A DNA stretch of 64,000 nucleotides from Sedimentisphaerales bacterium (GCA_963663965.2 CAXXFK010000001.1:64001-128000); one strand, 5' to 3'; positions 21,151-31,476 are shown, numbered from the stretch's first letter. A program made the numbers and translations. The notes: generated by a model not told the origin, from the sequence alone.

Positions 21151-21247
21151 AACTATAACTCCCTGTTATAAAAAAAGTTAATTTGAGGTTTGACAAAACG
21201 GGGCGGCTCTATTTTTATTATACCATAATCTTGTCACTTGTAAAGCA

Positions 21248-22234
21248 TTGAAAGCAATCAAACTGTATATGGCCAGAATGAGCGAACATTATCAATTTCA
21301 GTCAGCCCTGATTATTCAACCGGGTGCACTGGGTGACACCCTGTTGACTCTTACTGTGGCTGATTATTTACGCCGTATGGTTCGTTGCCGCAGTATAGAT
21401 TTAATGGGACACCTCGATTATTGCAGTATTTTACCCGGAAGATCTGATATTCGACGTGTTATTTCCATTGACAGCCTGTCACTGTCCTGTTTTTTCCAAA
21501 ATCCTAAAGACTTTGATCCTGATACGCTCGAACTGCGTCTCTGGCATGAATACGACATCATCATCACTTTTTTAAATGACTCGAATCGTTATTTTGTAAA
21601 AAACCTGATGCGAGTTCAACCGGAATGCAAAGTTTTTGCTGTCGATTTACACCCTCCCAAAAATTATCAAAGTTTGATTGGCAATTATTTTATTGATCAG
21701 GTAGGTAAAGAACTGCGCATAAAATTCTTCAACGATCCGTGGCGCACGATGAGAATTTATCTCCTGGCCAGCGGCAAAGACCGAACCCGTGGCAGGGAGA
21801 TTCTGAAACAGCACGGGTTAAATACTGATGATACCAGTAATCCGATCACTTTGATCCATCCCGGCAGTGGCGGCGAGGAAAAATGCTGGACTTTGTCCCG
21901 GTACATTGATTTGGCTAAAAATTTAATGAATAACCAGCAACAGGTTGCATTTCTGTTAGGACCGGCTGAATTGGAACGTTGGGACAAAAACAATATAACC
22001 ATAATAAAATCAATCACTTATGCCCTTGATACCCTCTCCCTGGAAAACGTTCTGTGCGTTCTGGCAGCCGCCCGGGAATTCATTGGTAACGACAGTGGAA
22101 TCGCCCATCTCGCAGGGATGATGGGAGTAAGATCACATATAATTTTTGGACCAACCAATCCAGCTATTTGGAGACCACTGGGGCCTCGTGTTCGAACATC
22201 GGGAGGCAACGGTATTTGGCCTGAAAAACTCTAA
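21248..22234 (+). CDS. Glycosyltransferase family 9 (heptosyltransferase-like)
   Basis: GALGDTLL, IHPGSGG..KCW, GNDSGIAHLA, FGPTNP..WRP. True start may be ATG 21269 or 21278. Confidence 0.9.
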   Translation: MKAIKLYMARMSEHYQFQSALIIQPGALGDTLLTLTVADYLRRMVRCRSIDLMGHLDYCSILPGRSDIRRVISIDSLSLSCFFQNPKDFDPDTLELRLWHEYDIIITFLNDSNRYFVKNLMRVQPECKVFAVDLHPPKNYQSLIGNYFIDQVGKELRIKFFNDPWRTMRIYLLASGKDRTRGREILKQHGLNTDDTSNPITLIHPGSGGEEKCWTLSRYIDLAKNLMNNQQQVAFLLGPAELERWDKNNITIIKSITYALDTLSLENVLCVLAAAREFIGNDSGIAHLAGMMGVRSHIIFGPTNPAIWRPLGPRVRTSGGNGIWPEKL

Positions 22235-22437
22235 ACTTCACTGGAATTTAAGGTTAAGGACATCCGCCCATTGCTTTACAGGTAAAAGCGAAGATCGTTT
22301 TTCTCTGGCAAAGTTTAAAAAACCGGGCATATTTGTCAATATTCACGGTTTTTTGTGGCGCAGTTCAGGGGAAAATACTTGTTACGTGGCATGCGGTGTG
22401 TCCACTTGCAGCCCTGAATGAATTTTGAGAGACACCC

Positions 22438-22698
22438 TTATGTCTCGTTAAATTCCCCCTCTTCCCTCGCTTTTTTTCTAGCCTGACGTTCTTTCTTCAT
22501 GTCTTCATCAATCTGTGTTTCTATCTTCCTAAGCTGTTTTTCTGTCGTATTGATAAATGATTCGATTTGCTTGGTTAATTCCGAATCGGCGAGATAATCC
22601 CCATAAACCAATTGGTAATTCTTGAGAAATTTCCACATTAGCGATGCTTTTGACTGTAATAACTCATTTCTTAATTTCTTCATCAAGGTGCTTTTCAT
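22438..22698 (-). CDS. Hypothetical small coiled-coil protein
   Basis: GGAG RBS, ATG start, and a charged helical sequence. Confidence 0.55.
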   Translation of the reverse strand: MKSTLMKKLRNELLQSKASLMWKFLKNYQLVYGDYLADSELTKQIESFINTTEKQLRKIETQIDEDMKKERQARKKAREEGEFNET

Positions 22699-23117
22699 GA
22701 GGGCTCTCCAGCAGGGTCTGATTATGCCTTATCTACCAAAACAAAATTACCCCTTATAATCCTCTAATTTAATTAACCTCGTATCATAGTAACAACTGAT
22801 ACTGATTTATCCATATAAATTTACATTATTTGCAATTAACATAAATCTTGTTTTATTGCAATACATCATCACCTATTTAATCCGGACCCTCTATTTTCAC
22901 AATATTCGTATAACCTGTTAATTATATTAACGTTATAACCCTTTTTCTACACCTGTGACAAATTTAATCAATTCCCTTTCCAAAACAAATTAAATTTTTT
23001 CCAGGGATTTTATGACGCTTGGTGCGGAAATCTGCGAAAAATTTGTGCGATTTTGGATTTACGCCAACCGGTTAAACTACAATCTAATGAAGTTGAATTT
23101 GGCGCTGCCTGATATTT

Positions 23118-23220
23118 ATACCGCTTACGATTGAAAATGCCCGCTGGGCCGCGAAATAAGTCTTTTACAAGTAATTAGTTATGTTGCGAGCGATCAGGAA
23201 TTTTCATACCCATTGGGTAT
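23118..23220. repeat. About 104-bp hairpin element, copy A (MITE-like)
   Basis: About 77% identical to 61509-61612, with ATACC...GGTAT termini. Confidence 0.8.
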
Positions 23221-23236
23221 TGAAGGAAATTTAGCG

Positions 23237-24238
23237 ATGAAAAATGTATCTGTTCTTGCCGGATTGATATTGGCAACTTATCTGGTGGGGTGCGTACCGT
23301 CTCTTCGTGGGATAAGCGATAAAGAAACGGTTGTCTTTGAAAAATCACTGATTGGCATCTGGCTAAACGGAGATAACAAAGACCGATGGGAATTCATTCA
23401 GCATCCCAATGAAAGTAATAAATACGGAGTGATTTACTATGAGGGAAAAACCTCTAAATCGGGCTACTTTATCGGTGCGCTGAATCGGTTAAACGGTGAA
23501 TTATACCTCGATATCTCGCCCGAATTCGATGAAGAACAGGCCAATTCCTTCTACTGGTTTCATGCCTGGCCAATGCACACCTTTATTCACATCAAACTTG
23601 ACAATACTCTTCTCCAGATGCGTATGATGAATCCTGACGCATTGGATAAATTACTGGAAGCCAACCCGCAACTGATTAAACATGAAAAGATCGATGACCG
23701 TATCATATTAACTGATTCAAGCGAGAACCTGCGAAAATTAATTACGGACAACTTCCAGACGGATGATTTTTTCGGCGACCCCATGGAATTAAAACGAAAG
23801 GATCCTGAAATGATGATTAATATTGGAGAACCGGCCCCGGATTTCAACATCCCCGATCAGAATGGCAACTCGGTATCGCTCCGTTCCTTCAAAGGGAAAA
23901 AGAACGTTGTTCTGATATTTTATCCTGGCGATAACACGCCCGGCTGCACGAAACAACTTTGTGCCGTACGGGATGATTACAGCGATTTTGAAAAAGCCGG
24001 CGTGGCCTTCTTTGGCGTGAATCCTCAAAGCGCCGAATCTCATCAGAATTTTATCGATAAATACAGCTTTCAATTCCCCATTTTGGTTGACACGGATCGT
24101 ACGGTTATCAACGCCTATGGGTGCGCCAAAGGCAATTCAACCCAGCGAACTGTGTATGCCATTAACAAGAATGGAATCGTTGTTTATGCCAAACAGGGCA
24201 TGCCCGCTAACAGTGAAATTCTTTCAGCTTTCGAGTAA
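23237..24238 (+). CDS. Lipoprotein domain fused to a BCP/PrxQ peroxiredoxin
   Basis: LVGC lipobox. The C-terminal part has GEPAPDF...FYPGDNTPGCTKQLC...QRTVY. Confidence 0.85.
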   Translation: MKNVSVLAGLILATYLVGCVPSLRGISDKETVVFEKSLIGIWLNGDNKDRWEFIQHPNESNKYGVIYYEGKTSKSGYFIGALNRLNGELYLDISPEFDEEQANSFYWFHAWPMHTFIHIKLDNTLLQMRMMNPDALDKLLEANPQLIKHEKIDDRIILTDSSENLRKLITDNFQTDDFFGDPMELKRKDPEMMINIGEPAPDFNIPDQNGNSVSLRSFKGKKNVVLIFYPGDNTPGCTKQLCAVRDDYSDFEKAGVAFFGVNPQSAESHQNFIDKYSFQFPILVDTDRTVINAYGCAKGNSTQRTVYAINKNGIVVYAKQGMPANSEILSAFE

Positions 24239-24364
24239 AAGGATTAAAAACTAGACACTTAAATTGTTTAAGATTCACTAACTGAGTTCGATTTTGAACC
24301 ACGCTGTCTTTCACGGACAGCGCGGTTTTTCTCTTTACAAACCGGTATCACCCTTTTGCGCCGG

Positions 24365-24838
24365 TCAGTCCTGGCGGAATTTTTCCATAAATACCAGATG
24401 TATATGATCCCGGGCATCTTCACTACGATAAATCGCATATCCCAGTCGTTGATAAAGCGAAATATTGTCTGTGCTCTTATGCCCGGTAAATAACTCAAAA
24501 CGGGTCGCTTCCGGCAGTCGCGATTCAACCTCTAGCATCAGTCTGGTCCCTAAACCCCGGCAACGGTAATCCGGATGGACAATTAACCGCCCGACCTTCG
24601 CCTGATGCTGTTGCTGCCGGGCACAGACCGAACCAATAATTCGGTCCTTATCCAGCGCTTTTAACACCAACCGGTCATTAAATTGACCTCGCCATTGCTC
24701 GACGGTCTCTACCAGGGGAGGCAAAGTCCAGCAGTTGTAGATAAGGGCCTGCTTTTCGAAAGCCTGTTTTTGCAGAGCAAGTATCTCTTCCGCATCTTCA
24801 ATAACGGCACAAACAATGGGATAATCCGTTTCTGTCAT
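24365..24838 (-). CDS. GNAT acetyltransferase
   Basis: RLIVHPDYRCRGLGTRL and NISLYQRLGY. Confidence 0.92.
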   Translation of the reverse strand: MTETDYPIVCAVIEDAEEILALQKQAFEKQALIYNCWTLPPLVETVEQWRGQFNDRLVLKALDKDRIIGSVCARQQQHQAKVGRLIVHPDYRCRGLGTRLMLEVESRLPEATRFELFTGHKSTDNISLYQRLGYAIYRSEDARDHIHLVFMEKFRQD

Positions 24839-24867
24839 TCCTGCATGTCCTCCTCAGAATTGAATTT

Positions 24868-25662
24868 TTATCGGGAGATGAGCAAACGTTCCGCGTTACG
24901 ACCAAGGATCTTCGACTCAAGTTCTGCGGGTAATTTGAGAGCATGTAACTCTGTAATCGAGGCCCCCTGGTCGGCCCAGGGCGAATCAGTTCCAAACAGA
25001 ATATAGTCGGCTGGATGTCGCAGCAGGAAATCGCGTGCCCGTTCCGGCCCGATCCAGCTTATCGCAAAGGATATATCCGTATAGATCGGCCGGCCAATCA
25101 TATGATTTTCTACTTCATCCCAGTCCATCCAGGCCCCCAGATGCGAACACACCAGTTTAAGCTCAGGAAACCGGTCCATGACGCTGACTATTCTTACGGG
25201 ATCACAAACCCGGTCACGCGGATAGGCCACATCAAAACCGGTATGACTGAGTAATATCAAACCCAGTTCCTCTAAAAGCGCGTAAAAAGGCAACATACGC
25301 TCTTCATCAAACAGATACCCCTGGTAATAAGGATGCATCTTGAGCCCCTTTAACCCGGCCGCATGGATCGCCCGGACATGCTCCAGAATATCCGGATCTT
25401 CCGGATGAACCGAAGCCAGCGGCACGATCCGATCCGAAGCAATCTGGCCGCACCAGTTCAGAATCGGCTCAAACTGGCTCGGCTTGGTAGCAATCGAAGC
25501 AACCACCGATCGATCAACCCCATTACAATCCATCGACCGCAACAGATCAGTCAATGTCCCATCCAGCACAGCCTTCCAATCCGCCTCCTTTTCCAGCACC
25601 GGCACCGCTTTAGGAGCAATATGATCCGGAAACGCATGAGTATGAAAATCGATTATGGGCAT
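24868..25662 (-). CDS. Amidohydrolase-2 family protein
   Basis: IDFHTH, GLKMHP, HTG, SHLG, LFGTDSPW. Confidence 0.92.
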   Translation of the reverse strand: MPIIDFHTHAFPDHIAPKAVPVLEKEADWKAVLDGTLTDLLRSMDCNGVDRSVVASIATKPSQFEPILNWCGQIASDRIVPLASVHPEDPDILEHVRAIHAAGLKGLKMHPYYQGYLFDEERMLPFYALLEELGLILLSHTGFDVAYPRDRVCDPVRIVSVMDRFPELKLVCSHLGAWMDWDEVENHMIGRPIYTDISFAISWIGPERARDFLLRHPADYILFGTDSPWADQGASITELHALKLPAELESKILGRNAERLLISR

Positions 25663-26021
25663 TGATATCTCGCTTTCATCAAATCATTTTAGTCTGGGAT
25701 TTTATTATGTCATAGGGTCTAAATAAAGTGAATACTTGTCAATTATAAGAGCCTGATATCTGCCTGACAAGATAATGTACGCCTCTAACCGCAACCCCTC
25801 TTATCTATATTTACTATATTACCATCATTGAAAAATAATTTTATGACGAGTTGAGATAAAAAAAGTAATCAAGTAATAAAAAATTGTAATCTCCTACAAT
25901 CGCTTTATAAACTGGCCACATATTTCCAAATATAACTTCTTTTGAAATAACATCTTAAAAAGATTAACACTTTCCGACGCGGCGTTAATTAAAATAAAAA
26001 TGTATTCTGATAAAAATCTAA

Positions 26022-26051
26022 TTGACTCCTTGTTCGCAAAAATGATAAAAT
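26022..26051 (+). promoter_or_regulatory. Putative sigma70 promoter of the first PEP-CTERM-like gene
   Basis: TTGACT-N18-TAAAAT, about 210 nt upstream of the ATG. Confidence 0.5.
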
Positions 26052-26262
26052 CAACTATAAATAATCAGGAACTGGAAAATGTGAACACTTTAAGCAGGAG
26101 AGAAAACTCAAAGTCGGATCACCTCTTCCAGGGTATAACTGTATTTGTTTCATATAATTATTTCCGACCCGTCGGCACGGTGTCGCCGGGTGCGTAATAC
26201 ATCAAGACTTTTTCCTTGTGGATAGAACTGAAAAAAGAGTGATATACTCTGAAAGGCAGAAA

Positions 26263-27006
26263 ATGATGAAGAATTTATTAGCGGCGATCCTCGTATTTGC
26301 TATTGCCACATCCGCCATGGCAACAATATCATATGACCAGAATGTAACCAATAATGTTATTATGGGCACTGGAATTGGCAATGGTGCTTTCACGGTTGAT
26401 CGGGCAAATGGCGTCGAACTTGGCCTGAGAGCCAAATTGCGTCACGATGCAAGTGGTAACCCACAACCGATATACAATAGTGACGGCATTGGTAACTACT
26501 ATTTTGATCCGGGAGTTGCCCCAACCCAATCCTGGCCAACCGCAGAATGGTCATATGAATGGTCTATTAATACCAACTATGAAGGGATTGCTAATGGATA
26601 TGTTTTAAGCGATCTGACTTATTCTCTTAGTATGACTTCAACGACTGGCGCCTACCTGACGGCTCGTGACATTATTTGGAATGGTGGAGACCATGCTTTT
26701 GGAGATAATTCCACCGCTCAAAGCGCTGGCGTTAAAGCGACTTCTGCAGATAATTATCTTGAGCTGATTTCAAGCAAAAATATTGCCCAGAATTCCTGGA
26801 AGCCTCAGTGGGAAGGTGCGGTAGGCTTTGATCCTTTAGACGAAGGAATTTATACTTATGTCCTCAGCGCATATGATGGAGGCAATTTAATTGCATTAAC
26901 AAGCATAGATGTTATCGTCGGCAATCCGGCTGTGCCGGCACCCGGCGCACTGCTTCTAGGCAGCCTGGGCACTGGCCTGATCGGCTGGATCCGCCGTCGC
27001 AAATAA
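26263..27006 (+). CDS. PEP-CTERM-like (VPAPGA) exported protein 1
   Basis: Signal peptide and C-terminus VPAPGALLLGSLGTGLIGWIRRRK. Confidence 0.9.
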   Translation: MMKNLLAAILVFAIATSAMATISYDQNVTNNVIMGTGIGNGAFTVDRANGVELGLRAKLRHDASGNPQPIYNSDGIGNYYFDPGVAPTQSWPTAEWSYEWSINTNYEGIANGYVLSDLTYSLSMTSTTGAYLTARDIIWNGGDHAFGDNSTAQSAGVKATSADNYLELISSKNIAQNSWKPQWEGAVGFDPLDEGIYTYVLSAYDGGNLIALTSIDVIVGNPAVPAPGALLLGSLGTGLIGWIRRRK

Positions 27007-27028
27007 ATGTTGATTATATTGTTTTGTA

Positions 27029-27058
27029 AACCGGTTGCCTTATCAAAGGCAACCGGTT
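27029..27058 (+). terminator. 3' hairpin after array gene 1
   Basis: AACCGGTTGCCTT-ATCA-AAGGCAACCGGTT with a weak U tail. Confidence 0.65.
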
Positions 27059-27149
27059 CTTCTGGTCTTACTGGTATAAATTGAATATGTAATCAATCCG
27101 GTAAGTAAAGTATTGACCGGTTTGATATGTCTAACACAAGGAGAACATC

Positions 27150-27998
27150 ATGAAAAAATTATTTTGGGGCCTAGCCATTGGCATTGTCGCACAATGCTGT
27201 ATTATTGATGCGGCACAGACAATCACTACTCTTGATAAAACCCAGGGATGGTATTTGTCCGATGTCAGAAACAATGGAACGGCTACGATTGTCGATTTAA
27301 CGGGGCTTGGTGGCACATTGGAAAACGACCAACCCCTGCCTACCGGCGCGGTCAAACTCACTACCGAATTTGATAATGCCGATAAGGCAGAAATCGGTAT
27401 CGATGGCAACTTTGGCCTTGCCTCAACCACCTTAAACAGCATCCAACTTGGCTATAGTTATTATAAACAAAGTGTGTCGGGTGCAAATATGACCGCCGCA
27501 CCTTCAATCAAACTCGCAATTGGAGCAGCCAATCACAGTTCATCTAATGACAATTATGGCTTTTTAGTTTACGAACCGTCTTGGAATCTATCCAGTGCAG
27601 GCAGTACGAATCCCCCCGTAGATGCCTGGCAAACTGTCAATATCGACAGTACAACAGGCTCTGGCTCTAATGCTGTAGGCGGCTGGTGGTGGAGTGGCGG
27701 TTTTGAAATCGGCAACAGCGGTGGTGGCCCACCTCTTCGTTCGCTGTCTGAATGGGCCGCTGCATTTCAGGCTTCAGATGCTACTGATTTTGCCAATGCT
27801 TATATCATTGGTCTGTCAATCGGTGTTGGAAGCTATAATCAAGGCCAGATAGGTTATTTTGATAATGTATCTATCAGCGGCACATTGCTTGATGAAATAT
27901 ATGATTTCGAAGCTCCTGCCGCCGTCCCCGCCCCCGGCGCTCTGCTTCTCGGCAGCTTAGGCACCGGCCTGGTTGGCTGGATCCGCCGTCGTAAATAA
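27150..27998 (+). CDS. PEP-CTERM-like exported protein 2
   Basis: AAGGAG RBS, signal peptide and VPAPGA tail. Confidence 0.9.
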   Translation: MKKLFWGLAIGIVAQCCIIDAAQTITTLDKTQGWYLSDVRNNGTATIVDLTGLGGTLENDQPLPTGAVKLTTEFDNADKAEIGIDGNFGLASTTLNSIQLGYSYYKQSVSGANMTAAPSIKLAIGAANHSSSNDNYGFLVYEPSWNLSSAGSTNPPVDAWQTVNIDSTTGSGSNAVGGWWWSGGFEIGNSGGGPPLRSLSEWAAAFQASDATDFANAYIIGLSIGVGSYNQGQIGYFDNVSISGTLLDEIYDFEAPAAVPAPGALLLGSLGTGLVGWIRRRK

Positions 27999-28016
27999 AA
28001 ATTAAACTGTTTTATA

Positions 28017-28045
28017 AACCGGTTGTCTCATATAGACAACCGGTT
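28017..28045 (+). terminator. 3' hairpin after array gene 2
   Basis: AACCGGTTGTCT-N5-AGACAACCGGTT. Confidence 0.65.
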
Positions 28046-28131
28046 CTTCTGGATCTTATAGAAATTGCAAAAATTCCGACAGTATCGTACTGACCGGTTT
28101 ATTTCGAAAGGCTTTAATAAGGAGAAGACTC

Positions 28132-28941
28132 ATGATCAAAAAATTACTGACCTTGGTTTTGGTTGGCTGCTTGATGAGCGCTGCGTATGCGAGTTATCAA
28201 GTTGGCTTTGATTTTGAAGCGGGCTGGTCTGGCGATTATGCCCCGGGCTGGATCAACGCGGCCTATCGTCATGGCGATGCCCCTATTGGCAAAATGATGC
28301 AGCAGACCGCCCTGGCGCATAGCGGCGCCTTCGGCATGCAGTTGACCGCCGATAGCACGCCAAAGGATTCGATGTGGTGGGCTGGCGTAGAACCTGCAAA
28401 CGTTGACAGCTATGCGATGCAGAAACAATTTAATCCCTGGTTCAGCGCCTGGTATTACGATGACCAGATTGCTGATCGAACGGGACAGATTTATGCCGTA
28501 CCTTCCTGGGTTAATGGCTATCTTGCTGGCAACGAAGACTGGACCGATACACAATTCGGGGCTCGATTTAATCAGCCTACTACTGGCAATTACTATTATG
28601 TAGCCGTTGGCGAAAATCACCCTGGCTGGCAAGATACTGGCGTTGCCAGATCAACCGGATGGCATCAACTCAAAATGCAATTGAGCAGTGCCGATGGAAC
28701 GATCCATTATTATATTGATGGGGTTGAAGTAGGCCAGTCCTACCGTAATGATTATGAAGATTTGGTCACCTTAGGTTTGTATACCATGTTTACAGCTCCC
28801 CTTTCTGATTGGGGAACCGATAAGCCTTACACGATTTGGGATGATGTAGAATTTGGTTCAAGCTATGTCCCCGCCCCCGGCGCACTGCTTCTCGGCAGCC
28901 TGGGCACTGCCCTGATCGGCTGGATCCGCCGCCGCAAATAA
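28132..28941 (+). CDS. PEP-CTERM-like exported protein 3 (possible ConA/LamG-like fold)
   Basis: Signal peptide, GWHQLKMQ..YYIDGVEVG, and VPAPGA tail. Confidence 0.9.
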   Translation: MIKKLLTLVLVGCLMSAAYASYQVGFDFEAGWSGDYAPGWINAAYRHGDAPIGKMMQQTALAHSGAFGMQLTADSTPKDSMWWAGVEPANVDSYAMQKQFNPWFSAWYYDDQIADRTGQIYAVPSWVNGYLAGNEDWTDTQFGARFNQPTTGNYYYVAVGENHPGWQDTGVARSTGWHQLKMQLSSADGTIHYYIDGVEVGQSYRNDYEDLVTLGLYTMFTAPLSDWGTDKPYTIWDDVEFGSSYVPAPGALLLGSLGTALIGWIRRRK

Positions 28942-28973
28942 TCATAAATCCTGAAATATTTTTGATTCCACTC

Positions 28974-29006
28974 AACGTCTGTCACCACCATATGACAGAC
29001 GTTTTT
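28974..29006 (+). terminator. Intrinsic terminator after array gene 3
   Basis: AACGTCTGTCA-N8-TGACAGACGTT followed by a T run. Confidence 0.75.
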
Positions 29007-29398
29007 ATTGACAATCAAATATCAACTCTCACGTCTTCCATTTAACACAAAAAATGACAAGTACTTACAAAAAATAGCCATCAGCCTGGTTTCATGGACC
29101 AAGTCAATGTAAGCATAACTTGGTTTATCCATGATATTCTTGTTGAATTTAACCTCACGTCAGGCTATTAATTATAATATGAGATCATTGGGCCAGAGGT
29201 TCTGGAAAATGTTATAGATTAATTTACTCGGCATGCCCAGACAACTCTGTCCGGTATAACTTTTATAAAGTAAAACTTAAGTTTAATTCATCAGTATGTG
29301 TTCCTGAGTATTTCACTATGAGTGTTTAATTTTCAATTCAATCGTTAAAAATTAATAAAATATGATAATTAATGATTATTTGAAAGGAGATGAGCCTA

Positions 29399-30617
29399 GT
29401 GCTCTGTAAAGATTAAATATTCGGATATAGTGATCTCAATTTACACCTGGCATCTTCCACTTTAAATTGCCAGTTAACGCCTCGTTGCTTTTCGTTGGAG
29501 TGGGTGGCCCATGCTTTCGTCTCTTTTTTCAGCCTATCCATGTCGGTCATTTTTCGATCCTTCAGACATTGCCGGGTCATCGCACTCAGTTCATTTTCGG
29601 CCACATTGAGCCAACTGCCATGCTTGGGCGTGTAATGAAATTCAATTTTTTCCACATACCGGCGCGCCTGCTCCGGAGGAAAAACCTCGTAAAAAGCTCC
29701 CTTGGTATGAGTATTCAAATTGTCGCACACCAGAAGCACTCGTTTCGCTTGGGCATAGCGGCCCTCCAGCAACTCTGCCATTTCAACGGCCCAGTCAACC
29801 TTTTTCCGTTGTGGACGAACGCTCACCCCACGCCAGCCGGATTTTGGTTCTGTGAACATGAATAGGCTGGCGGTTCCGGCACGTTCATATTCATAGTCCA
29901 CTCGACGAGGATGATGCAAGGTCGCGGCCATCGGAGTGCGAGTTTCCTTGAGCAATTGCACCGGCTGTTCATCCATGCAGAGCGCCGGAAAATCCGGGTC
30001 ATACGGCAGGGAATAGACATTCAGGACATCTTCCATGCACGCGACAAATTCACTGTTTTGCGCCGGCGGTATCACCCAGTACTGTATCTTTCGGTTCGTT
30101 ATTTCATTTTTTTAAGCGTCGTGGCAACGGTGGTGTGACTGATGGATTCTACGATTCCCAATTCCACCGCTTTGTCGGCGATCAAACGCAACGACCAGTT
30201 ACTGTAACCTTCCGGCGGATCGCTCAGCCTCAGGGCAATGATCTTTGCCTCCTGCTCGCCATCCAGCAGCTTGGCGCGAGGCGGCGTGTCACGCTGCTTA
30301 CCGTTCAATGTGATGTCAAACCCTCTTTCTACCAGCGATTTACGAACTTTGGTTACGGTCCTGAGACGACACAAAAAAGCGTCGGCAATTTGATTGCAGG
30401 ACCAGTTGGGACCGTCCGCATCCGCCTTAAGCAAGATTTGAGCCCGTTTGACTTTTTGCGAGGTGCCCTTGAGTTTTGTAACAACTTCAAGCAGCTCTTT
30501 CCGTTCTGCGTCAGTGAGACGAACGATGTACTTTTTCATAACAAACTCCATAAATATTCGGTTTATGGAGTTATTATCGGACATGCTATATAAGAATATT
30601 TAGTTTTTACAGAGCAC
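29399..30617 (-). mobile_element. IS630-family insertion sequence (1219 bp)
   Basis: Terminal IRs GTGCTCTGTAAA / TTTACAGAGCAC, with TA duplicated at 29397-98 and 30618-19 (CTAG target). Confidence 0.95.
29413..30539 (-). CDS. IS630 transposase, two ORFs joined by a probable programmed -1 frameshift
   Basis: OrfA is an HTH domain ending LKKMK*, with an A7 tract at about 30107-30113. OrfB is a DDE domain (CMDE, CDNLNTH, SWLNVAE). Confidence 0.92.
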
Positions 30618-30712
30618 TAGTGATTAATTCTTTTCTTAACCTTGGGTTATAAGGATCATTAGAGTTGTGTGAGAATAACGTGCAATCATAAACTAAATTA
30701 AGGAGAAAATTC

Positions 30713-31438
30713 ATGAAAAAATTTATTGCTTTGATTTTACTGATGACACTGGCTATCCCGGTAATCGCATCAACAACTGGCTTTGAGGATTTAACCGGAG
30801 TCAGTTTTTATAGTGATTCGTCCTGCTATGCTCAGCAAAGCACTGCTCAGGTTTATTCGGGAACTAATTCAGTCTACCTGGGTTTAAATGACACTGACAA
30901 TTACGCGCGAGTTGGTGTGGATGGTGATTTTGGTAAGTTAAAAGACCTTAACGAAGCCACTTTTTGGACCTACATTGCCGGCAGTTCATCCACTAGCAAT
31001 CTGGCCCCGTATGCGATGCTGGGCCTGGATGCCAATGGCGACGATGTATTTGATACGTTGGCCATCGCGTTTATTACCGGCGGTGGCACCTATAACACCA
31101 ACAATTGGTTCCAAACCGGTATCGATATGAACACCAATGTTCATGTCGTAATGGATCGCGGACTGTTGGCAGCAGGCACCTACAGTTCTAGCGGAACTCA
31201 GGATACTCTGGCAAATTTTGCCCTCGAGTCCTACGATGCCACAACCCTGTTCGGTGACCTGGATATTGTTCATGTTCGAATTGCAGTGGGATATTGGCCT
31301 ACCTCTGAAACAGTTCCTTACGAATCTTATGTAGATGAATTATGTGTTAGCGGAGCCGCCCCTGTCCCCGCCCCTGGCGCTCTTCTTCTCGGTAGTCTGG
31401 GTACCGGTCTGATTGGCTGGATCCGCCGCCGGCGATAA
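30713..31438 (+). CDS. PEP-CTERM-like exported protein 4
   Basis: AAGGAG RBS, signal peptide and VPAPGA...WIRRRR tail. Confidence 0.9.
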   Translation: MKKFIALILLMTLAIPVIASTTGFEDLTGVSFYSDSSCYAQQSTAQVYSGTNSVYLGLNDTDNYARVGVDGDFGKLKDLNEATFWTYIAGSSSTSNLAPYAMLGLDANGDDVFDTLAIAFITGGGTYNTNNWFQTGIDMNTNVHVVMDRGLLAAGTYSSSGTQDTLANFALESYDATTLFGDLDIVHVRIAVGYWPTSETVPYESYVDELCVSGAAPVPAPGALLLGSLGTGLIGWIRRRR

Positions 31439-31476
31439 TTAGCCATCAAATTAACCTGCTATTTATTCCATTCTAT

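Noticed and set aside
26100..26215. c-di-GMP or other known riboswitch
   Set aside because: GGCAC/GTGC are present, but I could not match the remaining consensus. Kept only as an unnamed candidate leader.
29384..30653. Short peptide ORF (MSLVINSFLNLGL) split by IS630
   Set aside because: Only 10-13 codons, poor RBS spacing for the ATG, and no supporting similarity.
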